64,000 nucleotides of DNA from an uncultured bacterium (GTDB lineage: Bacteria > Fidelibacterota > Marinisomatia > Marinisomatales > TCS56): positions 106,170-170,169 of the forward strand of contig CAZVNL010000001.1 of NCBI GenBank assembly GCA_964628055.1, in the 5' to 3' direction. Positions 20,662 to 30,132 of the stretch are shown here, piece after piece. The notes below the pieces were generated by a model. That model saw nothing but the letters and a program-made list of their open reading frames with translations, was not told the origin of the DNA and searched no databases. Each line of letters begins with the position of its first letter. Position 1 is the first letter of the stretch. The translations under genes and the position numbers were made by a program.

Positions 20662-21756
20662 GCAATATCGTATTCTAATCGCGGGTGGTGGAACAGGTGG
20701 ACACCTCTACCCCGCCTTGGCCATCGGAGCAGAACTACAACGACGAGTACCGAACTGTAAAATACACTATGTAGGGACCAGTTTAGGGATCGATGGAACC
20801 ATTTTCGATACACAAGGAGTGGAATACATTCTCCTTCCCATCAAGGGATTCCAACGAGGAGTTTCCTGGAATAGTATCAGAAAAAACGTACTGCTTCCCG
20901 GAAGATTGTTACGCGCCTACCGACAGGCGAAAAAACTTGTGGAGACGTTCCAACCGCAGGTGACGGTGGGAACGGGCGGTTACGCCAGCGCCCTTCCACT
21001 GCACATCGCCACCAAAAAAGGAATCCCGGCCTTGATCCAGGAGCAGAACTCGATTCCCGGTTTAACGACGCGTTGGCTGGCAGGACGGGTAGCGTATGTG
21101 TGCACCAGTTATCCGGAAACAGCCACTTATCTTAAAAAAAAAACTGCCGGCTCATGGGCAACCCGGTGCGACCAGGAATTAATGCAGGGAATCGCATGAG
21201 TGCTGCCCAAGAATTCCAGCTAAACGAGAAGAAAAAAACGCTTTTTATCTTCGGTGGGAGTCAAGGGTCAGCGACCTTAAACCGCTATGCCACACATCTC
21301 GTAGAAACCCTCCCTTCGCAGGACATCCAAATCCTGTGGCAAACGGGAATTCCTCACTATTACCAATACAAACATTTAGAGACGCCCCTGGTTAAAATTT
21401 TACCTTACGTGGAAAACATGCCGGCAGCCTACGCTCTCAGCGACTTAGTGTTATCCCGCGCCGGGGCCCTGACACTCTCGGAGATTACCGTTTGTGGCCG
21501 ACCCAGCGTCCTGATTCCACTCCCCTTTGCAGCAGGAGATCACCAGACTAAAAACGCTCAGTCTCTGGTGACAGCGGGAGCCGCCATGATGATCCCGGAG
21601 AAAGACCTTTCCCCCGCATTGATCACGAGTACCATCGTCGGACTTTTACACGACCAAGAGCGGTTGCAGGAGATGGCCAGGGTCGCCCTTCAACTGGGAA
21701 AACCCCGGGCTACTGAAACCATCGTGGACCTCATTCTGGAATTGGTCGAAAGCTGA
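20654..21756 (+). CDS. murG: UDP-N-acetylglucosamine--N-acetylmuramyl-(pentapeptide) pyrophosphoryl-undecaprenol GlcNAc transferase MurG, frameshifted as assembled
   Basis: The N-terminal half (ORF 20624..21199) carries ILIAGGGTGGHLYPALA. The C-terminal half (ORF 21154..21756) carries GNPVRP, FGGSQGS, RAGALTLSE and GDHQTKNA. The two halves are in different frames and overlap around an A10 run at 21134-21143. One extra A would give ...YLKKKNCRLMGNPVRP... I set the start at ATG 20654, which overlaps the ftsW stop. Confidence 0.9.
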
Positions 21757-23144
21757 TGTTTCGCAAAGTCAACCAGGTTCATTTCGTAGGTATCGGTGGT
21801 ATTGGCATGAGCGGGATCGCCGAACTACTCCTAAACTTGGGGTTCACGATCACCGGGTCTGATCTGCAGAACTCGGAATTAATCGAGAATTTACGACGCA
21901 AAGGCGCCACCATTTACCGAGGTCACCAGGCTTCCCAGATTGCCGGGGCTGATGCTTTGGTGTATTCCAGCGCCGTACGGGAAGACAACCCGGAGCTCAT
22001 TGCGGCCCGGGAACGGGGCCTCCCTGTAATCCGACGAGCGGAAATGTTAGGGGAACTCATCGCTGTTAAAGAAACCAGCATCGGTGTGGGAGGCACTCAC
22101 GGGAAAACTACCACTTCCTCCTTAATCGGGGCGGTACTTTCCAGCGCTGGGCTGGACCCGACGTTAGTCGTGGGGGGACTGGTGAAGAATATCGATACCA
22201 ACTCCCAATTAGGATCCGGGGACATTATCGTCGTGGAAGCAGACGAATTCGATCGCAGTTTCCTGGCTCTCCGGCCTACTATCGCCGTGGTCACGAATAT
22301 CGAATTAGAACACACGGACTGCTACGCCAACTTGGAGGACTTACAAAACGCCTTCACCCAATTCTGCAACTCGGTACCCTTCTACGGCGCGGTTATTACC
22401 TGCCCTGACTCTCCTGGGGTCCAGGAAATTCTGGCCCATATCAAGCGCCCGGTGATCACTTACGGATTTTCCAACCAGGTCGACGTGAGTGCCCGCGATT
22501 TTTCCTATCACGAGAATACATCTCGCTTCACGGCCCTGAATAAAGGGCAGTCCCTGGGTACCGTCAACCTTCAAATCCCCGGTAAGCACAATATTCTCAA
22601 TTCCCTGGCAGCTATTGCCCTGGGACTGGAGATGGGAATTTCCTTCGACAAAATTGCCGCTGGCTTAACGGCATATAGTGGTGTGCGTCGACGCTTCGAG
22701 ATCAAGGGTATTGCCCACGACGTCATGGTGGTGGACGACTATGCTCACCATCCCACGGAGGTAACAGTAACCTTGCGGGCTGCTCGGAGGGGTTGGGACC
22801 GCCGGATCGTGGCCGTATTCCAGCCACACTTGTTCACGCGGACTCGCGACTTCTACCGCGATTTTGCCACAGCTTTCCTGGAATGTGACGTCTTGGTGGT
22901 GACCGATATTTACCCCGCCCGGGAGCGTGAAATTCCCGGAATTACCGGAGAATTGGTGACCCGGGCTGCCAGAACCTCAGGACATAAACAGGTTTATTAC
23001 GTCCCTGAGCTTAAGAACCTCCCCGAGCAGTTAGATGAAATCGTTCGGGGGGGAGATATGATCCTCACTATTGGCGCCGGAAGCATCTGGCGCTATGCCG
23101 AGTCATACTACCAACATTTAAAAGAACGTGAAACATTATCTTGA
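21756..23144 (+). CDS. murC: UDP-N-acetylmuramate--L-alanine ligase MurC
   Basis: 462 aa. HFVGIGGIGMSGIAE, GVGGTHGKTTT and DDYAHHP motifs. Confidence 0.95.
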   Translation: MFRKVNQVHFVGIGGIGMSGIAELLLNLGFTITGSDLQNSELIENLRRKGATIYRGHQASQIAGADALVYSSAVREDNPELIAARERGLPVIRRAEMLGELIAVKETSIGVGGTHGKTTTSSLIGAVLSSAGLDPTLVVGGLVKNIDTNSQLGSGDIIVVEADEFDRSFLALRPTIAVVTNIELEHTDCYANLEDLQNAFTQFCNSVPFYGAVITCPDSPGVQEILAHIKRPVITYGFSNQVDVSARDFSYHENTSRFTALNKGQSLGTVNLQIPGKHNILNSLAAIALGLEMGISFDKIAAGLTAYSGVRRRFEIKGIAHDVMVVDDYAHHPTEVTVTLRAARRGWDRRIVAVFQPHLFTRTRDFYRDFATAFLECDVLVVTDIYPAREREIPGITGELVTRAARTSGHKQVYYVPELKNLPEQLDEIVRGGDMILTIGAGSIWRYAESYYQHLKERETLS

Positions 23145-24066
23145 CGCTAAACTCATAGCCATGTTGCAGTCACAGCTAACTGGTACCTTGCTGGTGGATG
23201 AACCTCTCGCACGCCACACGAGCTATGGCATCGGTGGCCCGGTGGAAGCGTTTATCACCCCCTCCAACCGCGAGGAACTGGCAACCCTCTTGCGTATGGC
23301 TTACGAGCACGCCATCCCTTTTTATGTTGTCGGTTCCGGCTCCAACCTGCTGGTGGCGGACGAAGGTCTTCCTGGCATCGCCATCTGCTTGGAAAAAGTA
23401 TTCAATCGCATAGCGATACAGAGTGGTGAGGTCTATGCCGAGGCGGGAGTAAAACTAAATCATTTAGTCCACCTGACCATGCAACACCATCTCCAAGGAT
23501 TGGAGACCCTGGGAGGTATTCCCGGGACCGTTGGGGGGGCTCTGGTCATGAACGCTGGCGCTTTCGGAACAGAGATATCAAACGTGCTTGTCTCCATAGA
23601 GATTATGACCAACCAGGGCGTTTCCCAGGTGCTATTGTCCAATGAATTGCAGTTCGGTTATCGTCAATCCAGCTTTCGACCCGAGGACATTATTTTAGGG
23701 GCAACGTTGCATCTTACTACGGGTGATCCCCAGGCCATCCAGGCACGGTATCGTGAAGTGAGTCAAAAACGGACACAGACGCAACCGTTAAATAAGCGCT
23801 CCGTGGGCAGCATTTTCAAAAACCCCAAGCCGGGGCTCTCCGCCGGTCAACTAATCGACCAGGCAGGTCTAAAGGGCACCCGGCATGGAGAGGCGGAAAT
23901 ATCGACGCTACACGCCAATTTCTTCATCAACCACGGCCGCGCCCAGGCAGCCGACATCGTGGCCTTAATCCGCCTGGCCCGGGAAAAAGTCCAAAAACAA
24001 TTCGGCATCCACTTAGAATTGGAAGTGACTCCACTGGGCTTCCCCCCAGGAACGTTGGAAGCATGA
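23128..24066 (+). CDS. murB: UDP-N-acetylenolpyruvoylglucosamine reductase MurB
   Basis: 312 aa. FAD-binding domain (HTSYGIGGP, GSGSNLL), GGIPGTVGGA and SIFKNP motifs. The start is ambiguous between GTG 23128 and ATG 23161. Confidence 0.92.
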   Translation: MKHYLDAKLIAMLQSQLTGTLLVDEPLARHTSYGIGGPVEAFITPSNREELATLLRMAYEHAIPFYVVGSGSNLLVADEGLPGIAICLEKVFNRIAIQSGEVYAEAGVKLNHLVHLTMQHHLQGLETLGGIPGTVGGALVMNAGAFGTEISNVLVSIEIMTNQGVSQVLLSNELQFGYRQSSFRPEDIILGATLHLTTGDPQAIQARYREVSQKRTQTQPLNKRSVGSIFKNPKPGLSAGQLIDQAGLKGTRHGEAEISTLHANFFINHGRAQAADIVALIRLAREKVQKQFGIHLELEVTPLGFPPGTLEA

Positions 24067-24821
24067 AAAAGAAACGACCCTCTAGCGGACATGTCCTAAT
24101 TTTTCTCTCCCTCGTGGTTGGAGTAGGAAACTTAATAATTGCCGCAGCGGCGTGGGCGGAATATACCGGTATGACGAAAATCCAGTCGATCAAATTCGCC
24201 GGGGCCCAGCTCCTACCCGCCAAAGAATACGAACGAGCCCTGCAACCCTTACTGGGGGTGCCTTTAAAAGAAATCGAGCTTAACGATGTGCGCCTTTTAT
24301 TGGAGGCCCATCCTTTTGTTAAAGCCGCCCGCGTGAGCCGCCATTACCCCTACACCCTGCGCGTGGAAATTAGCGAACGTCAACCTATCGCCATGCTGAA
24401 TCTAAAACCGATCATGTTCGTGGACAGTAAAGGGGTAATTCTCCCGGATATGGGACTCAGCGACAACCTGTTACTTCCCACCTTATCGGGTTTTAACCCA
24501 ACACCGGAGCTGTATCCCCCGGGGCATGAAACCGGGTCTCAAAAAGTACAGGAAAGCGTGCGTTTACTGAACCAAATCATGGCTGTGGCCCCGGCGCTTT
24601 ACGACAACCTGTCAGAAATCCTCTTGAACAGCCAGGATGAATACGTATTCGTCCTTTCAGAATATCCTACCCATATTGTCATCGGGCGGGAGAATATCTG
24701 GGAGAAAATCAAACTCTTGAATGCTTTTGAGAATACCATTGGTGGGCCACAAAACCTCTCCCAGTATCGTTATCTTGATTTGAGGTACAAGAACCAGATC
24801 GTCGCCAGGGAGCGAGCATGA
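24063..24821 (+). CDS. ftsQ: Cell division protein FtsQ (POTRA domain)
   Basis: 252 aa with an N-terminal TM anchor (LIFLSLVVGVGNLIIAAAAW) and a POTRA-like segment (IQSIKFAGAQLL...). Canonical position, ATGA overlaps on both sides. Confidence 0.8.
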   Translation: MKKKRPSSGHVLIFLSLVVGVGNLIIAAAAWAEYTGMTKIQSIKFAGAQLLPAKEYERALQPLLGVPLKEIELNDVRLLLEAHPFVKAARVSRHYPYTLRVEISERQPIAMLNLKPIMFVDSKGVILPDMGLSDNLLLPTLSGFNPTPELYPPGHETGSQKVQESVRLLNQIMAVAPALYDNLSEILLNSQDEYVFVLSEYPTHIVIGRENIWEKIKLLNAFENTIGGPQNLSQYRYLDLRYKNQIVARERA

Positions 24822-26089
24822 AGCGGCTGAAAAAAACCGTTGAAAAAAATTGTCACGTAGGGCTCGATATTGGCTCCAGTCGTGTGGTATGCGCCATTGT
24901 CACCACCGACGTGGTGGAAAAGCGGATAAAGCTCCTGGGGTTGGGAGAAGCGCATTCAACGGGGATCAAAAAGGGTTGTATCATCCATCGTGACCGAACG
25001 ATTGAAGAAATTGAAAAGGCCCTGGCTGACGCTGAAATGATGGCCAACACAAAAGTGAGCCGTGTCGTGCTGAGCACTACTGGGGAGCATATCCGGGGCA
25101 TTAATACCCAGGGCGCCATTGCCGTCCAGAAGGGTGCCGTGTCGGCGCTACCGGTAGAACACGAAATCACGAAACAGGACGTCCATCGGGTGCTGGAATT
25201 GGCCAAGGCCATCTCCCTCCCTGCCGATCGGGACATCCTCCACGTCATGCCCCAGGAATTCCTCATCGACACCATGGATGGAATCAAAGACCCGGTGGGA
25301 ATGACCGGTCGACGCCTGGAAGCTAAAGTTCACCTCATTACCATGGCGGTGACGGCTGCTAAAAACCTGCTGCACTGTGTAGAAGAGTTAGGACTCGAAG
25401 TAGAGGGGCTGGTTTTTCAAGCCCTGGCTGCTTCCCTCTCGGCCTTAGATGACGATGAAAAAAATTTAGGGGTCGCTTTAGTGGACATTGGCGCTGGCAC
25501 CACCGACGTGGCTATCTATCACGAGGGAGGACTTCGTCACACGGCTGTCTTAGGAATCGGCGCTTCAAGCATAACCAATGACATCGCCGTGATGCTTCAA
25601 ATTGGCTTGGAAGAAGCCGAAAAGATTAAAAAAACCTATGCTTCGGCTAAGGCATCCATGTCCTCCACCGATCTGGAGTTCGAGTTACCGGTGAAAAACG
25701 GAGACCTGGCCCGGAAAATTTCGGAACATGAGTTATCCCGCTACGTGGAAGCCAGGATGATCGAAATTTTGCAACTTATATTGCGGGAAATCTCGCGTGC
25801 TGATATTAAGGAGAAGCTTACTTACGGGGTGGTCTTTACGGGAGGGGGCGCCCAGTTGCGAAACCTCGTTCCGTTGGCTCAGGAAATCCTGAATATGCCC
25901 GTGAGGATAGGCCATCCCAAGGGACTGAGCGGAGCCGTGGACATTGCTTCCACGCCGGAATACGCCACCTGTTTAGGGCTGGCGCAGTGGATAAGCACCT
26001 ATCGGGATTACCTCCCGGTGGCGCTGCAAGAAAAAACTCTCAAACGGGTCGTGGATAAAGTAACGTTTTGGATAAAAGAATTTTTCTAA
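24818..26089 (+). CDS. ftsA: Cell division protein FtsA
   Basis: 423 aa, actin/HSP70 fold. VGLDIGSSRVVCAI, VDIGAGTTDVAIY and VVFTGGGAQL motifs. Confidence 0.95.
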   Translation: MKRLKKTVEKNCHVGLDIGSSRVVCAIVTTDVVEKRIKLLGLGEAHSTGIKKGCIIHRDRTIEEIEKALADAEMMANTKVSRVVLSTTGEHIRGINTQGAIAVQKGAVSALPVEHEITKQDVHRVLELAKAISLPADRDILHVMPQEFLIDTMDGIKDPVGMTGRRLEAKVHLITMAVTAAKNLLHCVEELGLEVEGLVFQALAASLSALDDDEKNLGVALVDIGAGTTDVAIYHEGGLRHTAVLGIGASSITNDIAVMLQIGLEEAEKIKKTYASAKASMSSTDLEFELPVKNGDLARKISEHELSRYVEARMIEILQLILREISRADIKEKLTYGVVFTGGGAQLRNLVPLAQEILNMPVRIGHPKGLSGAVDIASTPEYATCLGLAQWISTYRDYLPVALQEKTLKRVVDKVTFWIKEFF

Positions 26090-26137
26090 GGAAAGAAGGA
26101 CCCACAACCAAGGAAACCAAACTAAAGGAGAACGACT

Positions 26138-27334
26138 ATGTTATTTGAATTCGATACATTAGCAGAACAAAAAGCCAGGTTAAAGGTCATTGGCGTTGGT
26201 GGCGCTGGTGGAAATGCGGTAAATCGTATGATCCAGGCGGGAATGTATGGGGTAGACTTTATAGTGGTTAACACCGATGCCCAGGATCTGGAAAACAATG
26301 CTGCCGAACATAAAATTCAGATCGGAAAAAGCCTGACCAAAGGGTTAGGGGCAGGCGCTCAATCGGACATTGGACGGGAAGCGGTAGAATCGGATGGGGA
26401 AGCCATCCGGGCCATGATGGAAGGGGCTGATATGGTCTTTATCACAGCCGGGATGGGAGGCGGCACCGGAACTGGTGCGGCGCCCTTGGTGGCGGAAATG
26501 TCCCAGGAAATGGATATCCTCACCGTGGGGATTGTTACCCTCCCCTTCCACTTCGAAGGACCGAAACGCATGAACCGGGCGCTGTCGGGTCTGGGAGAAT
26601 TGCGTAAAACTTGTGACACGGTTATTGCCATTCCCAACCAGAAGCTCATGTCCATTGTAGACCACACCACCACCGTGGTGGAGGCCTTCCAGTTAGCGGA
26701 TTCTATCCTGCACCAGGCGGCGAAGGGCATTTCCGATCTCATCAACGTGCATGGATTAATCAATTTAGATTTTGCCGACGTGGAAACGATCATGAAGAAC
26801 ATGGGTGAGGCCATCATGGGAACCGGTCATGCCAGCGGTGAGGAGCGAGCTGTATTAGCGGCGCAACAGGCTATTTCCAGTCCCTTGTTGGATTCGGCTT
26901 CTATCAGTGGTGCCCAGGGAGTGCTGGTTAACATTACCGGTGGCCCTGACCTGACCCTCATGGAAGTGGACGAGGCCACCTCTATTGTTTTCGAGGAAGC
27001 CGGGAAAGATGCCAACATCATCTTCGGGGCGGTCATTGACCCCAATATGGTTGAGGAAATTCGCGTGACCGTCATTGCCACGGGCTTTAATCAACACCTG
27101 TCCACAGAAGAAAACCTGGAAACTAAGGACAGTAAGACCTTCCCCCGGCGGAAGGATACGCGCGTTCTTACGGAACAGTTGAACGTTCCTCTGCACAATC
27201 AGAAAGGGGAGCAAATACCCGCAGTGGAACCAGCCCCAAAATCAAAAACGGCTTTTCGTTTCGACGATACCAAACCGGTGATTTACGGGGACGATTTGGA
27301 AATCCCGGCTTTCATCCGACGGCAACACAAATAA
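26138..27334 (+). CDS. ftsZ: Cell division protein FtsZ
   Basis: 398 aa. GVGGAGGNAVN and the tubulin signature GMGGGTGTGAAP. Conserved C-terminal peptide DDLEIPAFIRRQ. Confidence 0.98.
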   Translation: MLFEFDTLAEQKARLKVIGVGGAGGNAVNRMIQAGMYGVDFIVVNTDAQDLENNAAEHKIQIGKSLTKGLGAGAQSDIGREAVESDGEAIRAMMEGADMVFITAGMGGGTGTGAAPLVAEMSQEMDILTVGIVTLPFHFEGPKRMNRALSGLGELRKTCDTVIAIPNQKLMSIVDHTTTVVEAFQLADSILHQAAKGISDLINVHGLINLDFADVETIMKNMGEAIMGTGHASGEERAVLAAQQAISSPLLDSASISGAQGVLVNITGGPDLTLMEVDEATSIVFEEAGKDANIIFGAVIDPNMVEEIRVTVIATGFNQHLSTEENLETKDSKTFPRRKDTRVLTEQLNVPLHNQKGEQIPAVEPAPKSKTAFRFDDTKPVIYGDDLEIPAFIRRQHK

Positions 27335-27366
27335 AACCAGAGTTCTCTGTAACCTTCATACCTCGG

Positions 27367-27402
27367 AAAAAAAAGCCCTGACCATCGGTCGGGGCTTTTT
27401 TT
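27367..27402. terminator. Bidirectional intrinsic terminator between ftsZ (+) and rpmB (-)
   Basis: AAAAAAAA-GCCCTGACC-ATCG-GGTCGGGGC-TTTTTTT. The stem is 9 bp (one G-U pair) with a 4-nt loop. An A-run lies 5' and a T-run 3', so it works on both strands. It sits between two convergent genes. Confidence 0.75.
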
Positions 27403-27420
27403 CAAACAACCATTGGTAAG

Positions 27421-27657
27421 TTAAATTTTCATTCCCCGTGCCCGGAGCTCATTCACCACCCGACGAATCCCCTTTTTATCAATGATCCGCATGCCGCGAG
27501 TGGAGACGTTCAAAGTGATATAGCGCTTTTCGTCGGGTAACCAGAACCGCTTCTTCTGGAGATTGATATTAAAACGCCGACGGATCTTGTTGTGAGCATG
27601 GCTCACGTGGTTCCCGAACATGGGCTTTCGACCGGTGACATCGCAGACTCTACTCAT
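27421..27657 (-). CDS. rpmB: 50S ribosomal protein L28
   Basis: 78 aa. [39 protein letters not shown]... is the canonical L28 N-terminus. Confidence 0.95.
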   Translation of the reverse strand: MSRVCDVTGRKPMFGNHVSHAHNKIRRRFNINLQKKRFWLPDEKRYITLNVSTRGMRIIDKKGIRRVVNELRARGMKI

Positions 27658-27926
27658 AATGATTTCCTCGTACGTTTTGCTAATAAAAAACGGGGCGCAA
27701 ATTTACGGGGAATATGGAAAAGGGCAAACTACTAAGAATAAACTTAGTGAAAGATTTAACCTGCGTTAAAATTCACTTAACAATTATAGAGTTTAGTCAT
27801 CTATGAATTAGTCGATTTGAAAAGGAGATTATTCCACATACTTTCTAAAAATGTGGGCAGGAATATTGCAGGTAATCTGCTTTAGGATCAATAAATTCCA
27901 AGTGATAAATAATTTTGAAACTCATA

Positions 27927-28373
27927 ATGAAAATTCGTATCAGTACTATCAAAGATGTTCAAATCATCGTAACCTTCAACCTTGCCTTAGCTCGGGAGAG
28001 TGAAGGATTAGAATTGGATCCTCATCAAGTATCGAAGGGTGTGGAGGCGGTGTTCAATGATCCCGCGAAAGGGTTTTACCTACTTGCTGTTCAAGAGAGA
28101 AAACCAATTGGACAATTGCTCATCACCAAAGAATGGTCTGACTGGCGTAATGGTTACTTCTGGTGGATTCAATCGGTGTACGTTAAACCGGAGTACCGTC
28201 ATGGGGGCGTCTACCGTGCCTTACATGAATACGTTAAAAACCTGGCTAAAGAAGAAGGGAATGTCTGTGGCATCCGGCTCTATGTGGAACAGGAAAACCA
28301 AGCGGCCCAGAAGGTCTACCGAAAAGTGGGCCTGGAACCCTCTCGTTACCTTTTGTTTGAGGCAATGGAATAG
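27927..28373 (+). CDS. GNAT family N-acetyltransferase
   Basis: About 148 aa from ATG 27927 (the tracked ORF begins at a TTG at 27915). Acetyl-CoA binding motif-A-like region IQSVYVKPEYRHGGVYRALHEYV. The C-terminal NQAAQKVYRKVGLE is typical of GNAT. Confidence 0.8.
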   Translation: MKIRISTIKDVQIIVTFNLALARESEGLELDPHQVSKGVEAVFNDPAKGFYLLAVQERKPIGQLLITKEWSDWRNGYFWWIQSVYVKPEYRHGGVYRALHEYVKNLAKEEGNVCGIRLYVEQENQAAQKVYRKVGLEPSRYLLFEAME

Positions 28374-28465
28374 GAATAGTTACAGGTTAATAAAGCCTAC
28401 AAGTCGAAAGGTCTGAAAGTCACTCGTCGCTGGTCGCAGGTCGGGACCGCACCAAAGTTGAAGCT

Positions 28466-28507
28466 AAGGTAGAGTCGAAGGTTAAGGTGAAGGTAAAGGT
28501 TAAGGTT
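28466..28507. repeat. AAGGTN hexamer array (5 contiguous copies plus one upstream copy)
   Basis: AAGGTA-gagtcg-AAGGTT-AAGGTG-AAGGTA-AAGGTT-AAGGTT (contiguous block 28478-28507). Copies differ only at the sixth position. Confidence 0.8.
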
Positions 28508-29043
28508 GAGAACCCCCCTTTTTCGTTTTGCAATACAGGGTGAGAAAAAAACAGATTTCCACACCAATTTCCAATTTCTATCCTCATCTCCCATTGAATG
28601 ACATCCGTCTTTTAGCGTTTCGCCTTGAAAATAATTTTACTTCGATCCAATACCCCCGGCTTCACCAATTTATGGCTAATGGAATCAACAGCTATTATTG
28701 AAAAAAAGGGAATGTTGAACGCTGAACGCTGAATTATGATTGTCGAAAACGACCAATATTTACCTGGTCTCACCAATAATTCAATTGGTTATTCATAATT
28801 CCTTATTCGACATTCAAAATTCATCCAATCTCAGATTTATGGTTAAGCTAAACGTTCGTGATTAGAAGATCCTGAACGAGGGAGTGGGGCTTCCACGATC
28901 AAAAGGTCCTCCCCACCTTGGGGATGATTTCGGTGGGGTTGGAAGACTCACTTAAGCGACATAGTCGAGTAAATATAAAAATAAATTTCTTAAGACCAAG
29001 ATTTGAAACTCCTGAATCAAAGAGTAGATTTAAAGATCAAAGA

Positions 29044-30054
29044 ATGCCTAAAAACCAAACCAAACACCCACCCATGCCCGCTAAACTAACCATCGGTTCG
29101 CTCACCATCACACCTCCAATTCTATTGGCGCCTATGGCGGGCATAACGGACTACCCCTTTCGCCTCCTATGCAAAGAGATGGGGGCCGGGTTAGTGTACT
29201 CCGAGTTTGTCTCAGCGCACGGGATTATCCGCGAAAATCGCAAGACCCTAAAGATGATCCGTTTTACCCCCCAGGAACGTCCCATTGGCATCCAAATCTT
29301 TGGAGATAGCCCCGCTGTAATGGCTCAGGCAGCCCGGGAAATCAGGGAACAGTTTAAACCGGACTTGATTGACATTAATTACGGTTGCCCTGTACCTAAA
29401 GTCACTCGACAGGGTGCCGGATCTGCGGCTCTCCAGGACCTTGCACTTATGGAAGACATCACCAGGGCAGTAGTGAACGCCGTTCCCGGCGTACCCGTGA
29501 CAGTAAAAATGCGCTCTGGTTGGGACACCCACTCCCCGGTAATTCCCCAGGCAGGACCCTTATTACAACATTGTGGGGTCAAGGGTATTACCCTCCATCC
29601 GAGAACGACGCGCCAGGGCTTCCTGGGTAAGGCCGACTGGATGCTGATCAAGGAACTAAAAGCTGCGGTTTCCATCCCGGTGGTCGGGAACGGTGATATC
29701 CGTCACCCCGAGGATCTTCTCCGTATGTTTCAACAGACGGACTGCGATGCCGTGATGATCGGGCGGGCAACCCTGGGGAATCCCTGGTTTTTCCAACAAG
29801 CCCAGGCTCTTTTAAAGGGGCTCTCCATACCGCCAAAACCCTCCCTAAACCAGCGCGTAGAAATGTGTAAACGTCACTTAGACCTCATGTGCCACTGGCA
29901 TGGAGAGCGAGTCGGGACTAACCTGATGCGGAAACATTTCGGCTGGTATTTAAAAGGTTTCCCAGGAGCGGCCACTTACCGCCAAAGACTCGTTACAGCA
30001 GAGGACCGTCGAACGATAGTCACTATTTTAAACGCCATTAAAAAAGATCATTAA
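29044..30054 (+). CDS. dusB: tRNA-dihydrouridine synthase (DusB-like)
   Basis: LAPMAGITDYPFR, DINYGCPVPKV, ITLHPRT and GNGDI motifs. The tracked ORF starts at a TTG at 28918. ATG 29044 or ATG 29074 (MPAKLTIG...) is more plausible and gives the usual length of about 325-335 aa. Confidence 0.9.
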   Translation: MPKNQTKHPPMPAKLTIGSLTITPPILLAPMAGITDYPFRLLCKEMGAGLVYSEFVSAHGIIRENRKTLKMIRFTPQERPIGIQIFGDSPAVMAQAAREIREQFKPDLIDINYGCPVPKVTRQGAGSAALQDLALMEDITRAVVNAVPGVPVTVKMRSGWDTHSPVIPQAGPLLQHCGVKGITLHPRTTRQGFLGKADWMLIKELKAAVSIPVVGNGDIRHPEDLLRMFQQTDCDAVMIGRATLGNPWFFQQAQALLKGLSIPPKPSLNQRVEMCKRHLDLMCHWHGERVGTNLMRKHFGWYLKGFPGAATYRQRLVTAEDRRTIVTILNAIKKDH

Positions 30055-30132
30055 CCAGTAAAAAAAGTTGCTATAAAATCCTTCCACCCCTGAATGAGGT
30101 CATTCTGGAAGTCCCGTCAAGTAAGTACCATT

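Noticed and set aside
23144-24066. Absence of ddl between murC/murB and ftsQ as an anomaly
   Set aside because: ddl is located outside the dcw cluster in many lineages. Absence from this window says nothing about the genome.
28397-28594. 65-aa minus-strand ORF (…VLNLNLYLHLNLRLYLSFNF…), and the plus-strand (KV)n reading of the same repeats
   Set aside because: The low-complexity sequence is produced by the AAGGTN hexamer array. The minus ORF has a weak RBS, and the plus frame has no start codon upstream of the array. It is kept as a repeat and finding, not called as a CDS.
28466-28800. Possible CRISPR array, because of short direct repeats
   Set aside because: The repeats are 6-7 bp and either contiguous or irregularly spaced. 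There are no 25-40 bp repeats separated by unique spacers, and no cas genes in the window.
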